This document shows, in pieces, positions 38,887-52,450 of a stretch of 64,000 nucleotides of DNA. This stretch comes from Utricularia gibba (taxonomy: Eukaryota > Plantae > Magnoliophyta): positions 1,736,001 through 1,800,000 of the forward strand of contig CM007990.1 of NCBI GenBank assembly GCA_002189035.1, in the 5' to 3' direction. Under the pieces are notes generated by a model. It was not told the origin of the DNA and ran no database searches. It worked only from the letters and a program-made list of their open reading frames with translations. Numbering within the stretch: position 1 is the first letter of the stretch; every line of letters starts with the position of its first letter. Both the position numbers and the translations under genes were made by a program.

Positions 38887-40174
38887 TGTAGTGGGCCATC
38901 ATGCATCAAGGCCCAAAGCCAGCTGACCCACCCACAAAAAGGCCCACTGCAAATAACGGCTAACCATTGTGAAATCCCTGAGGCTAAGCTATGAAGAGAG
39001 CAGAAGGGGGACTCAAAACAAGAACATAGCACATTCTGGGAATTCAAAGAAGAAGAGTTTTCTTTCTTTTCAAGAATACGATCAAGGAAGAATCGAATTA
39101 GAAGTTGGCTGTAAAGAATTCTGTTTTGCTCTGTAAAGAATCCGTGTATGTGAAGTTGGCTGAACCTAGCTGTGATTGTTCGGTTCAGAAAGCCTGTTCT
39201 AGGAGCTGTAGATGTTCCTGTAATTCATTGAAGATCCTGCTTGGCTATGGTGAAGATAAAATGGGGTACAGACTGTGGGATCCGATTGAAGACAAGATTG
39301 TGAGATCAAGTGATGCAAAATTCATTGAAGATCAGACCATCCTTGATATTCATGAGAACTCGGACAACAAATCAGTCACACTTCCCCTCAGAACAGAAGC
39401 AGAATGGATAAAGGACCTGGAAGAAGAGACCCCTAATGATATATGGAGACCCCACATCAAGACGAGATAGACTTTGAAAGAGCTCATCCAGTGATCAGAA
39501 GATCAGGGATTGAATCTGAAAGAAACATTGCTGATGCCCTGACTAAATTGCTGCCATCAGCGAAGTTCATGTTCTGCATACAGGGCATGAGCATGTGCAA
39601 TGGAGAAAACATCTCTGTAGGTGAGTTCAGCTGGAGGGGGAGATTTGTAGTGGGCCATCATACATCAAGGCCCAAAACCAGCTGACCTACCCATAGAAAG
39701 GCCCACTGCAAATAACGGCTAACCGTCGTGAAATCCCTAAGGCTAAGCTATGAAGAGAGCAGAAGAGGGGACTCGAAACAAGAACATAGCACATTCTAGG
39801 AATTCAAAGGAGAAGAGTTTTCTTTCTTTTCAAGAATACGATCAAGGAAGAATCGAGTTAGAAGAGGTTTCTTCTTCTTTGGGGGAATTTTGTTTTGCTC
39901 CGTAAAGAATCCGTGTATGTGAAGTTGGCTGAACGTAGGTGTGATTGTTCAGTTCAGAAAGCCTGTTGTAGGAGCTATAAATGTTCCTGTAATTTCATAT
40001 CGGTGATAGTGGATTCTTTAACTTGGTGTGAAGCACCCGAGGTTTTTTTCCACAAGGGTTTTCCTCGTTAAAATTGCTTGTTCCATTCTTGTTCATGCTC
40101 TGTGCTCGCAAGATTCTATAGTCGTATGCTTGTATTTCGTGAAGTCTAGGTTACATTGTTCAAAGATCCTGTCA
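38887..40174 (+). mobile_element. Internally deleted Ty1-copia (Tork/Tnt1-like) element, 1288 bp
   Basis: Perfect TSD TTCAC (38882-38886, 40175-40179). 5' LTR from 38887 (internally deleted) and 3' LTR 39646-40174, both starting TGTAGTGGGCCATCAT. PPT GGAGGGGGAGATT. The internal ~400 bp keeps only LGYGEDKMGYRLWDP (integrase C-terminus) and NIADALTK (RNaseH end). Confidence 0.9.
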
Positions 40175-41439
40175 TTCACTCCCATGATTGACACGTAATA
40201 TCGTTATGTGTATCACTTGTCAAGGAGAACTCTACAAGTGACACACCTGAAAATTCCAATTTGGAGAGATTGACAGCTGCTTGTCTCAATGTGGGAACTT
40301 TCTAATGAGTCCTTCCTTGTTGTAGTTTACGTAGCTCACGTTCGATTAACTACAATGAATCAAGATATGTACCAGAGTTCTCAACATTCTTGACTGAAGG
40401 GATATGCTCCTCTAGTGGAGCTTCGACACAATGAGCCATTGGTTTATAACTCTCATAGTTCACGGTCTGTTGAGAGGGAACATATGAAGTTCACAGCTAT
40501 TGTGAATATCCATAGTTTTGTGTAGTGTTCCTTAGATATGATACCTTTCTTCCTACTCCAAGGGGGTGGTTCCTTGACAAAAAAACAATTATTCTGCGTA
40601 TGACCGGATTTCTTATAGATGACACATTCTCTAATATCTTTTTTCTACCTTGTATTGAAATTTACGTCGCTGCACTGAGGTTTACTCACTGCTGAATTTG
40701 TATGAATGTTAGCCCCTTCTAGTATCCATTGATTCATCTGCTGCTCGACATTCAGCAGCATTGCATATGGTCTAGAAACGGACATAGAGTCATCTATGGC
40801 TAAGATTTGATTTCTGGTAGTGTCAAATTTCAAATCAAGGTCAATCAAAAAAAGGCTAAGTTTCGTTGGTGCAAAGAACTTATCAATACAGACAGGTATA
40901 TGACACTGTTCACATCTAATTTCTTGAAAGAGCACATCAAAATTTTCCCACAAAGTATCAGCTTAGTATAGTATTGACCAATGGTAGAGGTGTGATAGGT
41001 TCGAATCGGAATCGCGGTTCGAACTGGAATCGACGGTTTCGGTTCCGATTCGGTTCCTGTAGATCTACATTTGTATAATTTCGGTTTCATTTGAGAGACA
41101 TTGAACCGTGGAATTGTTAGTTCCGACCCATGTGGACCGTCACAATCGATGTTTCCGAACCGTGAGCCATACGGTTTGGAATAAAACATTCTACAATTCT
41201 AAATATTCAACAAATGTATATAAAATCAAAAAATGGTCATTTTTTAAAAAATATGAAAATTTTTGTAAAAGACTATGAATAATTATTGGATTAATATTAT
41301 AAAATTATAAAGAGATTATTCAATATAAAATATATTATTTCAATAGAAAATTATTAAACAATCCTAATTTATTTAATAATTTCGATAGTTCAACCAAATA
41401 CATATCTTAACACTTTGCTATTTATATGTTTATCCCAAC

Positions 41440-41930
41440 GACTAGTCACATGTTGCCAATGTTACTAATTACCTCAGTTTTTTCAAACTAGATTATGTTT
41501 AAGGTGTGATAATAGTGTAGGATTATCCAATTTTATTTTTAATTATAATTTTTTTCAAATAACTCTGGTGCGTTATTGGATATTTAATGAATTTTCTTTT
41601 TCATTAGTGGAAAAACCTTTATTCGATGGCATGTTAAAACAAGCTTAACCAGGGTACAAATTTTTTTATAGAAAAACCGTGCATGATATTACACTTGACA
41701 ATTTTAAAAACATGTGTGACTCTTTAATTTCTACTTTTAAATCTCTACAATGTATTTTTTGTTATTTGTGATGATTGGAAAGATTGTAACAATGAAAGTT
41801 ATTGTTATTACTTGTTCTTGGATGGATAATTTTTGGTGTATGCAAAATGAATTTTATCTTTTGAACAATGGCTATCACCACATAATAATTTTTCCATTAC
41901 AAAAATGATAGAAAAAGTAACAGCATTTTT
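41440..41930 (+). pseudogene. hAT transposase fragment
   Basis: Collinear with ~53660-54120 (CAAACTAGATTATGTTTA...GTGGAAAAACCTT...TGTGATGATTGGAAAG...TGGTGTATGCAAAA); ends at a deletion junction into the accessory gene near 41940. Confidence 0.8.
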
Positions 41931-41944
41931 GTTTAACTTGTGAT

Positions 41945-44875
41945 GGTTCTTGACACCGAATGAATATAAGATTTGAGACAAATAACCCGATGAGTTGATT
42001 GACATTGAATTTCCAACCCGTGTGGGCCCAATGAGATTTGCATTGAGCACGAGGTATTTTTGTTGTGGTTTGCACTTACCATTAGTGTCATTTTTAAAGA
42101 GATATTAGAATGTTTAGAGATTCTTTTGTCTCATTTGACTTCAAGATCTATTTGCTATGAGTGTATGCTCTAGGACTTGCGACACAAACCAATAAGAGGT
42201 GATAAGAGGAAAAAAGGGTTGATGCTTGATGCTTGTCGTTTCCACAATTGTCACAATTTGTAAGGAATTTTTGGAAGTAAAGGTGCGAGAAACATTAATG
42301 ATGAAGCTTGAGTAAGGGAATAAGAGAGGTTTTGAACAGAAAACTGAAATAAACGTAAGCGATGAACCTTAAATAGAATGGATGCTCCTGGGTTTGGAAT
42401 CCTGTCCAACTATGTTTGTTGCATTTTCACTCTTTTTTGGTCTTCTCGAGTACTCGGTTATAGGAGTAAGGAATTGTCTACCCTCCCTTACACTCTCTTG
42501 CAAGAAGGCATGAGAATAGTCCGATGTTGCTCCTCCTTGGACGAACGTGAGAATAAGGGGTCCTGCCAACATACCCTCATGGCCGAATTGCGCGCGTGTG
42601 CCCCGAGTGTTGCCAATGATCCAATGAGTCTAGATACAAGGTCACTACCTGTCCATTAATCCTGAGGTACGACCACAGACTAAATGTTGTCTTCCTCCTA
42701 CCAAAAGGGCACGAGTTGGTGCTCCCCGCCTTGCTCCTCTCTAAAACTCGTAGGTAGTGATTAGTTAATCATGAATCTTGAATAAGGGGACTATTACAGA
42801 AAGATTGCAACATAGTCGCGTGAAGACGTATGGAACCCATTCGGATTCAAAGAAGAGATGAAGATAAGCTAACGAAACATAGATCAGGAGGTGTCCCAAC
42901 TCAGAAACGGAAGTTTCTAGCCACAAACAGCCATACAAACTAAAGAAAATGAAAGCAGATTCTAGAGAGAAGCTAGAGGAAATTCCTCTAGAAAGAGAAA
43001 CGAAAGTCTAAACTAAACTAAAAGTAAAACTAAACTTGTCCAAACCGAATTGAGCTGAACTATTTTGTCTGAGCTTTCATGTTCCCGTGGTTCTGCTGGA
43101 CTTGGCATAACTTGCAAGCAAACGTCTGCTCTGACACTAGTACGCTAATGATACCGCCTGTCAGAGACTCCCGTGTTCCGCACGTCAAGGCTCATGATTA
43201 GGCATCTACAGTCTTCCGGAAATTAAGGGAATGTCAGCTCGAGACGATCCAATTTTTCGTCATCTACTGCCCTCTTTCTCTCACTTCCTGCCATGTGTGC
43301 GTCTTTAGAAAAACTCAATTAAAACTAGCAAAATTATTAGATAAAATACAAGATTTGGGATTATTACCCTAAACTAGATAAAAACCTAAATCTCATATTA
43401 TAGACTCTTAATTAGGCATTTCTAATCACAATTAAGCTTAAAAATAACCTAAGAAATAGTAAAAAATTGACACTTAACAGTGCTTATGAAAAAGGTGATA
43501 TAAGAATTTGAAAAATGATGGACAAGTTTTTTTTGGATACGTTCTCCAATGAAACATAAGTTTTCTCAAATACACCCTAATTTTAATGAAGTAGGTAAGG
43601 TAAAAGGTAAATCTTTTATTGTACATTTAGAAAAAAATGTGAACAAAAATATTTAATATTTTATTCAATATTTTTATTTCTCCATTTTAATGACAGATTT
43701 GATACCTTGCACAAGAGGATATGCAAGATCTCATACTCCTCTTTTTAAGTACGCAAAGGAATTTTAGTGGCATATTACCACCCTTTGTGGATGCACTGGG
43801 GATTAAACGCGATTGGTGTGGTGTGTTGAAGAATCTTAGAGCACCTAAGAAAAATGAAGATGAGTCTAGAGATGAGAGGACACATGATGATAATGATGCT
43901 GAAGGGAAGTACACGCATGATCTGAATGATGTAGATGATAGACTTGCATTCATAACAAAATAGAATGAAGAACTTCGATACAAGTTGGTATGAGAGCCAT
44001 TGGGCGTATATCGGATCCTCTTTGAATGCCTCTGAGTCACAACAAAAGTTGATTATATTGGACGTAAATGGTGTGTTCACAGACATCATATAAAATGTTG
44101 GACCATCAAGGTCACGAATACCTCTAGACAAAATCATATATGACCAATCAGGTACCTTAACACAACACTTATTTTTATCTGTTATATGCATTAAAACTGT
44201 GTGAGATATCATAAATAATCTTTGGCATAATTTATACAGTCTTTCTACATCCATATGCACGTGACTTTATTAGGGTGGTGTGCTGCATCTTTTTTTTTTT
44301 TTTTGGTATTTAGAATTGCACAAATACCTTGCAAATACTTTCTTTTGTAGGGAAATAGCTGCAAGCAATCACTAAATGAGTCTTTCAACCTTCATTATTT
44401 AATAAACTCAATTTCATGTGGAACTAATTGATGACTACAGACACAAGTGTACGTGTTCACAACAATCCTTGCAACACGGTCTACATGAAGGAGTTGAGTC
44501 GTGTTTAGGCTATGAATAATGGGTTGAACACAAGATATGATCGTTACGATATTGTATTGATTGATGACTCACCTCACAAGTTAATGAAAAATCCGATAAG
44601 CCATTTTTCTATTTTCGTCTAACATATACTTGGTTATATATCAAAACTAACCTTGTATTTTTTAGGAAAATAATGTTATTTTTCCAATCCCCTATTCGCA
44701 TACCAATAAGGATGATGCATGACTAAATATTGATGGTGAGATACAGACTTTTCTTAAAGGATTACGGTTTGCTTATGATGTTTGAAGCTATGTTAATGAC
44801 AATCAAATTAGACAGCCCCCCATACATAAGAGACATGTCTTATGGGATTATTATGCGTGCCTACAGGATAATTAG
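41945..44875 (+). pseudogene. Copy of the TRP28-like/FCP1-like accessory gene in hAT-1
   Basis: Collinear with 56940-58896: VGPMRFALST..., QQKLIILDVNGVFTDII (~44040), LIDDSPHK (44557-44580), same splice sites. Interrupted by the solo LTR at 42227-43479. Confidence 0.8.
42227..43479 (-). mobile_element. Solo LTR of the Athila-like family
   Basis: TGATGCTTGTC...GACACTTAACA; TSD ATGCT/GTGCT; homologous to 33097-34454. The flanks rejoin into the accessory-gene sequence. Confidence 0.85.
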
Positions 44876-46700
44876 AGGCAGTCTCTATATTAGTTCTTGT
44901 GAACAATTATATTGAAGTTTTAATACTTTTGTTGTTGACTTTTTTTCCAAAAGATAATTAGACCATTGTTTGGATGAAATTCATCATATTTTCATGCTAA
45001 TCATGTGAAATATGTTCCAGTGAATAGTGATCCATGAAATCACTTCTCATGCACTCATAATGATTTCTAAGGATGCATCTGATCACTTACGGACACGTAT
45101 AAGCTCTATTAAGTGTGCCTGGGCAGCGTATTCTTTTATCGTTTTGGTTGTTAAATTTCTAGACATTCATATCTATTTTTCACGATGTTTAGGATCTTCT
45201 CTAGATACCTTAATGATTGTTAAGGATATCTTAAAATGGTTTCGCAAAATATATGTGAAATGTGATTTAATTTTATAAATCTAATTTATTTAATCATTTT
45301 TACTTTTGGTTTGAAAAATAGATGAAGTTTAGAAAAAGTTTATGAAATAGAGATGTTTTGATTTTAATTTGGAAAATACACAATGTTATATTTATTTCAA
45401 AAAATTAAATTTTATCATAGATATTTTCAATTGCAGCTAATTTCATCATTTTAATCATTTATTTCATTAATTTAATTTAGAGGTATCATATGTATTATCA
45501 TATCGGTTCACAAATCATATTGATTTCATTTATAATTTATTGGGTATTTTACTAAGTACTCTAAATTAAAGTATTTTATAAATTAACATTGTATATCATA
45601 TAATATATCTAATGAAATACAAAAATTAATATTGTTATATATCATTTACTAATGACAAAACATACAAAATTAAAAATTGTTGAAAACTTCACTGCTAGAC
45701 TCCCACAATGGTTCATATGGGTGCTGAAAAATGCATTCAAATAGTAACCGCTCGGTTCCGGTTACACTTTAATTCGAGATTATCGGTTCTAATTTTGAAC
45801 CATAAGCGTCCGTACAGTTCCAGTTCTGGTTGGTTCAAGGTTTCAGAATCCGGTTCCAAACTTAAATTGGAACTATGGTTCACGGCAAACCGTGGTTTTG
45901 GAACCGAAGGGTCGCTAGAACCGTATGATTTCGAATTGAAACCGTACGGTTCAGAACCTGTTGCACCACTAAGCAATGGTCATATCGCCTTCTTTAGATT
46001 ATATAAATCAAGCTGCACTTAGTAGAACATGCTCTTATTCATTTGTCCATAGTGTGCATCGTGTGTTGTCCATAGGCCATAGGAACTCACAGAACCAGTG
46101 AAGTTCATCACTAGATCACGGGAAATGGAATTTAACAACCATGACATTACCATATAATCATTCCTCATCCAAAAGGTTGTGTGTAAGCTCATTCGGAGAT
46201 GGTTTAGCATTATTGTCATATGTGATTCCTAACTTCTTCTTAGCTCCTAAGTTCAGGCGTACTTCTATTCGTCAATCAAAATAATTGCATATTGTTAGTA
46301 AATCACTTACAAGCGATGTATTAGGATGATCAGATCCGCTCAGGTGTAAGGCATTTGCTTTGTCCGTCTCAATATCAGCAGCTAATGGTCAAATCAATGA
46401 TGAGTTGCCAATGCTCATTTTCATCCTTGTTGTTGAACTAAGATGGTATTGCATGTTTGATCCATACTCACTCCACCATAAACAAACAATGGATTGATCA
46501 AAAGTTTAATCAGATGGATTCAGAGAGTAGTAGAAGAGAAGCAAAGAATGTAATTGCTTGATATTCAAATTCTACAATCGTATTTAAAGCAATAGAAAGA
46601 ACATCCTAAAACCGTTATGAAACTAACAGCTAAAAATATGTGTAACTATAAGATCCCCTGCAATGCACTCCATCATATGACCATCTATCCACTCAATTGG

Positions 46701-49700
46701 TGTGAAGTGTCATTTTCTAGTTATTTATCAGGTATTATTATATGTTAATTATGTATTAAGTCGCCAAAATTAGGAGTCTTATTATTAAGTATTTGATTTT
46801 TATTAGAAAATTCTTATTTTCCTATTTTGTATATATTTTCTGTCTTTGTTCTACCGAGGCATGTCAAGAGACTATCGTGGAGTGTTGCAGGAGTATTGCA
46901 GGTGGTCAGACTCTGAGTTTTCGTGTCTTGTACGCGAGTTGGAACGATTGTGGGCAGAAGACTGACACTAGTCAAGGCCCCTGACCTACGGCATGTCAAA
47001 GTCTGCAGAAATGATTAGGCGCTAACTTGCACACAAAGGAAGTCTGGTGGCGCACGCAAGATAGAAGGAATGATGGGAAGGGAACCCAAATGAGTTAATA
47101 CACGTGGAGAGTGATATAAAAGCCACTTGGAGTACTTAGTTTCTAACTTTTGAACCTTTCTTTTTAGACTTAGCACTTTTGAGTTCTTCCTCCCCTTCAA
47201 GGAAGAAGAATACTTAGTTTCCCTTTTCGTTTTTTGTTTTCATGGCCTTTTGTGGCTAAAACCCTTTAGTTTCTGGGAGAAGCTGAAGTTTTCTTCCAAG
47301 TCCAGAGCAATATACTCGATTTTTCGCTGAATTGATTTCGGATTTTGCATACTTCCACGCGCTTTGTTGCAGTCTTTCTATAATGACTCCTAGTCAAGGT
47401 CCATGAGTAGCAGGCGACTCCTCGCGGATTTTGGTGAAGGTCAAGGTGAAGAGCATCAACTCCAACCCTACCGATTCGCGGGAAGTAGAGGATTGTTTGT
47501 TGCCTAGGTACCATGACAGTGAACAGGTTGTGACCTCGGACCTGCCACTGGCCATTGGCAACAGTTGGGCACACGAGCACAATTCGGTTTGAAGGCAATC
47601 GAAGGCAATCCTCTTGTTTTCTTGATCGTTCAAGGTGGAATCACATGAAGCTATTCCCGTGCCTCCTTGTCAATCAGAGTGTAAGGGAGAGTAGGTTATT
47701 CCTTGCTCTATAACCAGCTATTCAGAAGAAATCAGTGAAAACCGAGGCAAGGACGGACAAGGGAACGAGATGGAATCTTATTCCCAGGAACTGCGTCCCG
47801 TAGTCAAGGCTCATCCCTTAAGTTGTATCTTTCATTTCTGCATCTTAAAAACCCCCATTTACAAAACCGTGATATTTTGTAGAAGTTTCTTACAAAGCAC
47901 TTTTCACGAAAAACAACTCCCTGAGATCGATACTCGTACTACGCTTTTTGGTGTTTTACGTTTTAAATATTTAAAATTTGTTGAGGAAACGACACGCAAC
48001 AAATTTTTGGCGACGTTGCCGGGGATTTGTGTATTTTTGTGTTTAGTGTCATATATAGTTTTTCTTTTTCTTTTCTTTTTCATTCTTTCTTCTTGTTTTT
48101 CTTTTGTTTCTATTTTACTGCTGTTTTTCTCTGTTTTTATGCATTCAGCTCCACCAAAGGGTCACCGAAGCTTGAGATCATACCGAGACATCTTGTGCTC
48201 CTTAGATCCGGAGATTGAGCGCACATTTCTGGCGAAAAAGAGGGAACAAACTTCAAATTTATTTCATGACGAAGAAATGGATGCTCAACCACCTACTGGA
48301 GTCCCTACAATGCACGGAGAATAGGAGCAACAGCATCTGCAATTTTTACCAGTCCTGCCAATCACTAATCATGGCCTAGCACTAAGGACCATCAAAGAAG
48401 AAATCACCGCCAACCATGCTGACCGATCACTTTGTATCATCTTTGACGTGGAAGACTTTGAGCTTCGCCCATATCTGTTCAAGACCCTTCCTAAGTTCGC
48501 TGGGAGAGAAAATGACGATCAATGGCCCTTGTATCCATGCGGCCAAAAGGTGCTACGGAGAACCAAGTCAAGCTGTGGGTCTTCCCTTTCAGTCTCACTG
48601 AGTGAGCCTTGGAGTGGCCGTATGGACTGCCACCATCCTCTATTGCAACCTAGGAGCAAATGGTTCAGAATTTTCTTGATCGATATGCACCCCTAGGGAA
48701 AAGCCTTCGCAGGAAGAAGAGCTTTAGCTACCATGTTACAAAGTGAAGGCGAAAATTTACAGGAGTATTATGACAGATTCAATCGGATCTGTAATACTTA
48801 TCCACAGCATGGACTTACCAAAGGTCAAATTTTACAACATTTTTATGAAGGACTGACCCCTATGATCAGAGGACAAATGGATGTCACTTGTAATGGGTCA
48901 TTACGAGAGAACCGCCACAGCACTGACGCCCGAAGATTGATAGAGCAAATGGCTGCCAATTCTTATTCTACTTCCAATCGTTATGACTACTCATACTGAG
49001 CATCTGGAGGAAATTCTCAGCCTATAAAATCAGTGCATGAAGTGGATAATTCTGAAGTTTTAGCCCAACTTGCTGCTATGAGTGATACCTTGAAGTTTGG
49101 CTTCCAATCACTTCTCCAACAACAAGGAAGGTATCAAGGAGCTTCAACCTCTTATCATTCTGATCCAGGACCTATGACACATGAGATGCCAACAGAAGAG
49201 GTGAACACATTTTTCCAAAACCAAGGAGGAACCTACAATTACGGAAACTACCAAATGCCGAGAAGAGATCATCCTGGTTTCCGCTGGAGATCAAGCCCCA
49301 TTACTAGGAAACCCTTCTACTGTTACTCAAAAAACTCTCACTGCTCCACCTCAGCCTTTGCAAATCACTGGAGTTCAAACCAACCTCTCGTTCCTTATAA
49401 GCCGAATCATAATCTGGAGTCCATGGTGAAGTCTCTTGTCGAGAGCACCACCAAGATGCATGCCGCGCAAAAAGATATGGATGGACGAATCACAAGCATG
49501 CAAACCCAGATCACCCAGCTGGTGCAACCCATGAACCAACTGGAGACGCAAGGAGCACTGCCATCACAGCCAATAAAGAACCCAGAGCGCATCAACGCTA
49601 TATCTTTAAGAAGTGGGAAGGATCTACCGGAACCTTACCCATTGTTCATGACTAAGGCGGACAGATATGAAGAAAAAGAATTAGAAGTCTTGGACAACGA

Positions 49701-51104
49701 TGATGACGTGGATGAGGAGATTATTTTAGAGAATCCTGATGATTCTCCAGTCCAGAACACTGTTGTACCGATGCCACCTGAAGAAGTGAAGGAGAAGGAG
49801 CCACAAGAAGTTGATCAACCCAAGTCTTTAGTCATTCCACCTCCTTTTCCTATGAGACTTCGAAGGAAGAGCAAGGACAAACGTGGACTGAAAGCATTCA
49901 TGGAGGTGATGAAGAAGGTGAACGTGAATATTCCCTTGCTGGACAAAATGGCTGGTGAATGTGCGTAGATTACCGAAAATTGAACGCAGCCACCAAGAAA
50001 GACCACTACCCACTTCCATTCATTGACCAAATCCTGGAAAGACTTGCTGGAAGGAGCCATTATTGCTACTTGGATGGATACTCCGATTTTCATCAAATAC
50101 CCGTGGCTCATGAGGATCAATCTAAGGTTGTTTTCGTTTGCCCTTTTAGAACTTTTGCTTACCATAAAATGCCTTTTGGACTTTTCAATGCACCAGCAAC
50201 ATTTCAGAGATGCATGGTTAGTATTTTTTCTAAATATGTTGAGAATATTATCAAGGTTTTTATGGATTTTATTGCTTACCATAAAATACCTTAAGATATC
50301 TCCTCATCAAGAAGGATTCGAAGCCTAGACTCATTAGATGGATTTTATTGCTTGAAGAATTCGACCTGGAGATCAAGGACAAGAAAGGATGCGAGAATCT
50401 AGTAGCCGACCATCTTAGCCGCATCACCTCTGAAGAAAAATCAAGTCTTATCGATGAAAGCTTCACGGACGAGCACCTATTCATGATCCATGATGAGAGC
50501 TTCGCTGACATCATGAATTTTTTAGTGACTAGATAATTTTCTGCAGATTTCCAGCACTATGAAAAGGAAAAATTGAGGAGCGACAACTTGAACTTCATCT
50601 GGGACGATCCATATCTCTGGAAAATCGGAACTGATCAGATTATTAGGAGATGCATCCCCCAAGATGAAGTGCACTCTATTCTTTCATATTGTCATGAACT
50701 ACCTTGCGGTGGACATTTTGGTGCAAAAGTTACTGCAAAGAAGGTCCTGGAGGCTGAATTTTATTGGCCTACAATATTTAAGGATGCCTGCATTCATTGC
50801 AACACATGCCCAAATTGTCAAAGAGGAGGAAATTTGGGATACAAGGATCAAATGCCACTTCCACTCATTATCATGGGCGAGATCTTTGATGCATGGGGCA
50901 TTGACTTTATGAGACCATTTCCCCTTCTCAAAGGAAGCTCTACATCCTTCTTGTTGTTGATTATGTTTCTAAATGGGTGGAAGCCATTGCTTGTTAAAAG
51001 GATGATGCCAAAACCGTGGGTAACTTCTTGACTAACATCTTGTTTCCTAGGTTTGGACATCCAAAAATTATTATTTCAGATCATGGCACTCATTTTGTAA
51101 ATCA
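46701..51104 (+). mobile_element. Athila-like Ty3-gypsy element, 5' part (LTR 46701-48001, PBS, gag, deleted pol)
   Basis: PBS TGGCGACGTTGCCGGGGA near 48008 (Athila/Tat tRNA-Asp type); gag QSEGENLQEYYDRF...QHFYEGL; RT CVDYRKLNAATKKDHYPLPFIDQILERLAG; [23 protein letters not shown]; integrase HELPCGGHFG...CNTCPNCQR, truncated at ISDHGTHF. Confidence 0.92.
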
Positions 51105-52450
51105 TGTTGGGTTTCTCGTAGACATCGTATGTCTCAAAAGCAGCGGAATTTTAAAAATTTTGAGAAACCTCCAACGCAGATCTTAGAATACGGTATACAT
51201 CAGACATAGAGATGTTCAAAGTACCTTTCAGATGACTCCATTGTTCACCAACCGCCAATAGCAGATGGACTCTATGGTATCCACACGTGGAGCACTCCGT
51301 CGATAACCTTTTCAAGGCTCTTGAATGCTGGTCGAATTTCTCAGGTGCTAGTAGAGAAAAACGTCTCCTTGTGGATTAGTCTCAGAGAGCATGAACACCT
51401 TCGAGCACAACTCAAGATCTAAATCTTTTGATGATAGATATTTTGTGACATATCAAATCATATCTATATGAGATCTTTTATTTTGAGTTTAATCAATATT
51501 AATCTCAAAATAATTCTCTATTTAATTTATCCACTTTACCAATTACATCTCATGTAATTGTGTCATTCTATTTTATATCGATGAGTGACTCCACTATTGT
51601 GTGTGACCCTATAGACTTCCTCAATCAAGACCGTAATAATGGATTTATTAATTAACTCTTAATTAATCAAATCCATCATTATCGATCATAAGTGATGTCT
51701 AGCAACATATCATGATCCCTAAGATTAAAGAATAATCAGGTGAATTGATTGAGCCTTTCCATGACTAGCCATCATCACCATGCAATGAACAGCTTTCATC
51801 ATACTTATATCTCATTCGGTACCAGAACATGGGTGTGTGTCTTTTTGATGTATCGAACTTATAATTGCATTCAAGTACTAACACTCAATGACCTACTCAA
51901 ACAATTCGAGTGTCATTACCCTGGGCCCAGGACTTACTATTAGGCTTTGACGCAATTACTTGAGATATGATCTCATCGCTAACATGAGTGATGAATCCTT
52001 TATTGATCAATCAACTATCTCCAACCTTAAGGAGTCACATCCCTACTCATCCATACTAGGCAAGCCATGGTTAGGCTCCCATTAATAATGAGCAAAAATG
52101 TGAGCTTAAGATCAAGATAACTTTGTTGACCTCAAGTCTAAGCTTACTTGCAAAGCTGTCATATTTGAGATCTTGCTACTGACACTTGGTTAGTATCCCA
52201 TAGTAGCATCTCGAAGATGAGTCATCCAGTTAATTGATTCTCTAATCGACACCCACACATAGGTTCTAGTAATCTCATTACATCAATTGTGAGAACCATT
52301 GCCTAAACTGTTTAGGGAACTCAATGTGTGCCAGCTTATCTGTATTTGTGATATCCTAATTTCACAAATACTCTAGCCAGGGAGATTTAACTTGATCATG
52401 AGTGCTTAAAGAATTTCACATTATGATCTCATCATAATTTCTATAGCACA
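51105..52450 (-). mobile_element. Probable Copia-type (Angela-like) LTR sequence truncating the Athila integrase
   Basis: Abrupt TGTTGGG start inside the integrase, followed by CAGCGGAA...GATCT...GTACCTT, which resembles an inverted Angela-type LTR end. The other end and a TSD were not found. Confidence 0.4.

Larger units (their letters stand above)
40985..45971 (+). mobile_element. hAT element, deletion derivative (hAT-1), 4987 bp including a solo LTR
   Basis: Termini TAGAGGTG...CACCACTA; 8-bp TSD ACCAATGG/AGCAATGG (7/8 match); dense GGTTC/GAACC subterminal repeats at both ends; internal hAT transposase fragment. Confidence 0.88.
40300..46220 (-). pseudogene. Ty1-copia gag remnant split by hAT-1
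   Basis: WMRNDYMVMSWLLNSISRDL...LW (46019-46219) continues beyond the hAT as KLSLFLIDLDLKFDTTRNQILAID...YAMLLNVEQQ (40645-40953). Confidence 0.7.

Noticed and set aside
26965-48001. Idea that the Athila 3' part (25549-28271) and 5' part (46701-51104) are halves of one rearranged element
   Set aside because: The flanks (ATTGG vs ACACC) do not form a TSD and the two LTRs are visibly diverged.
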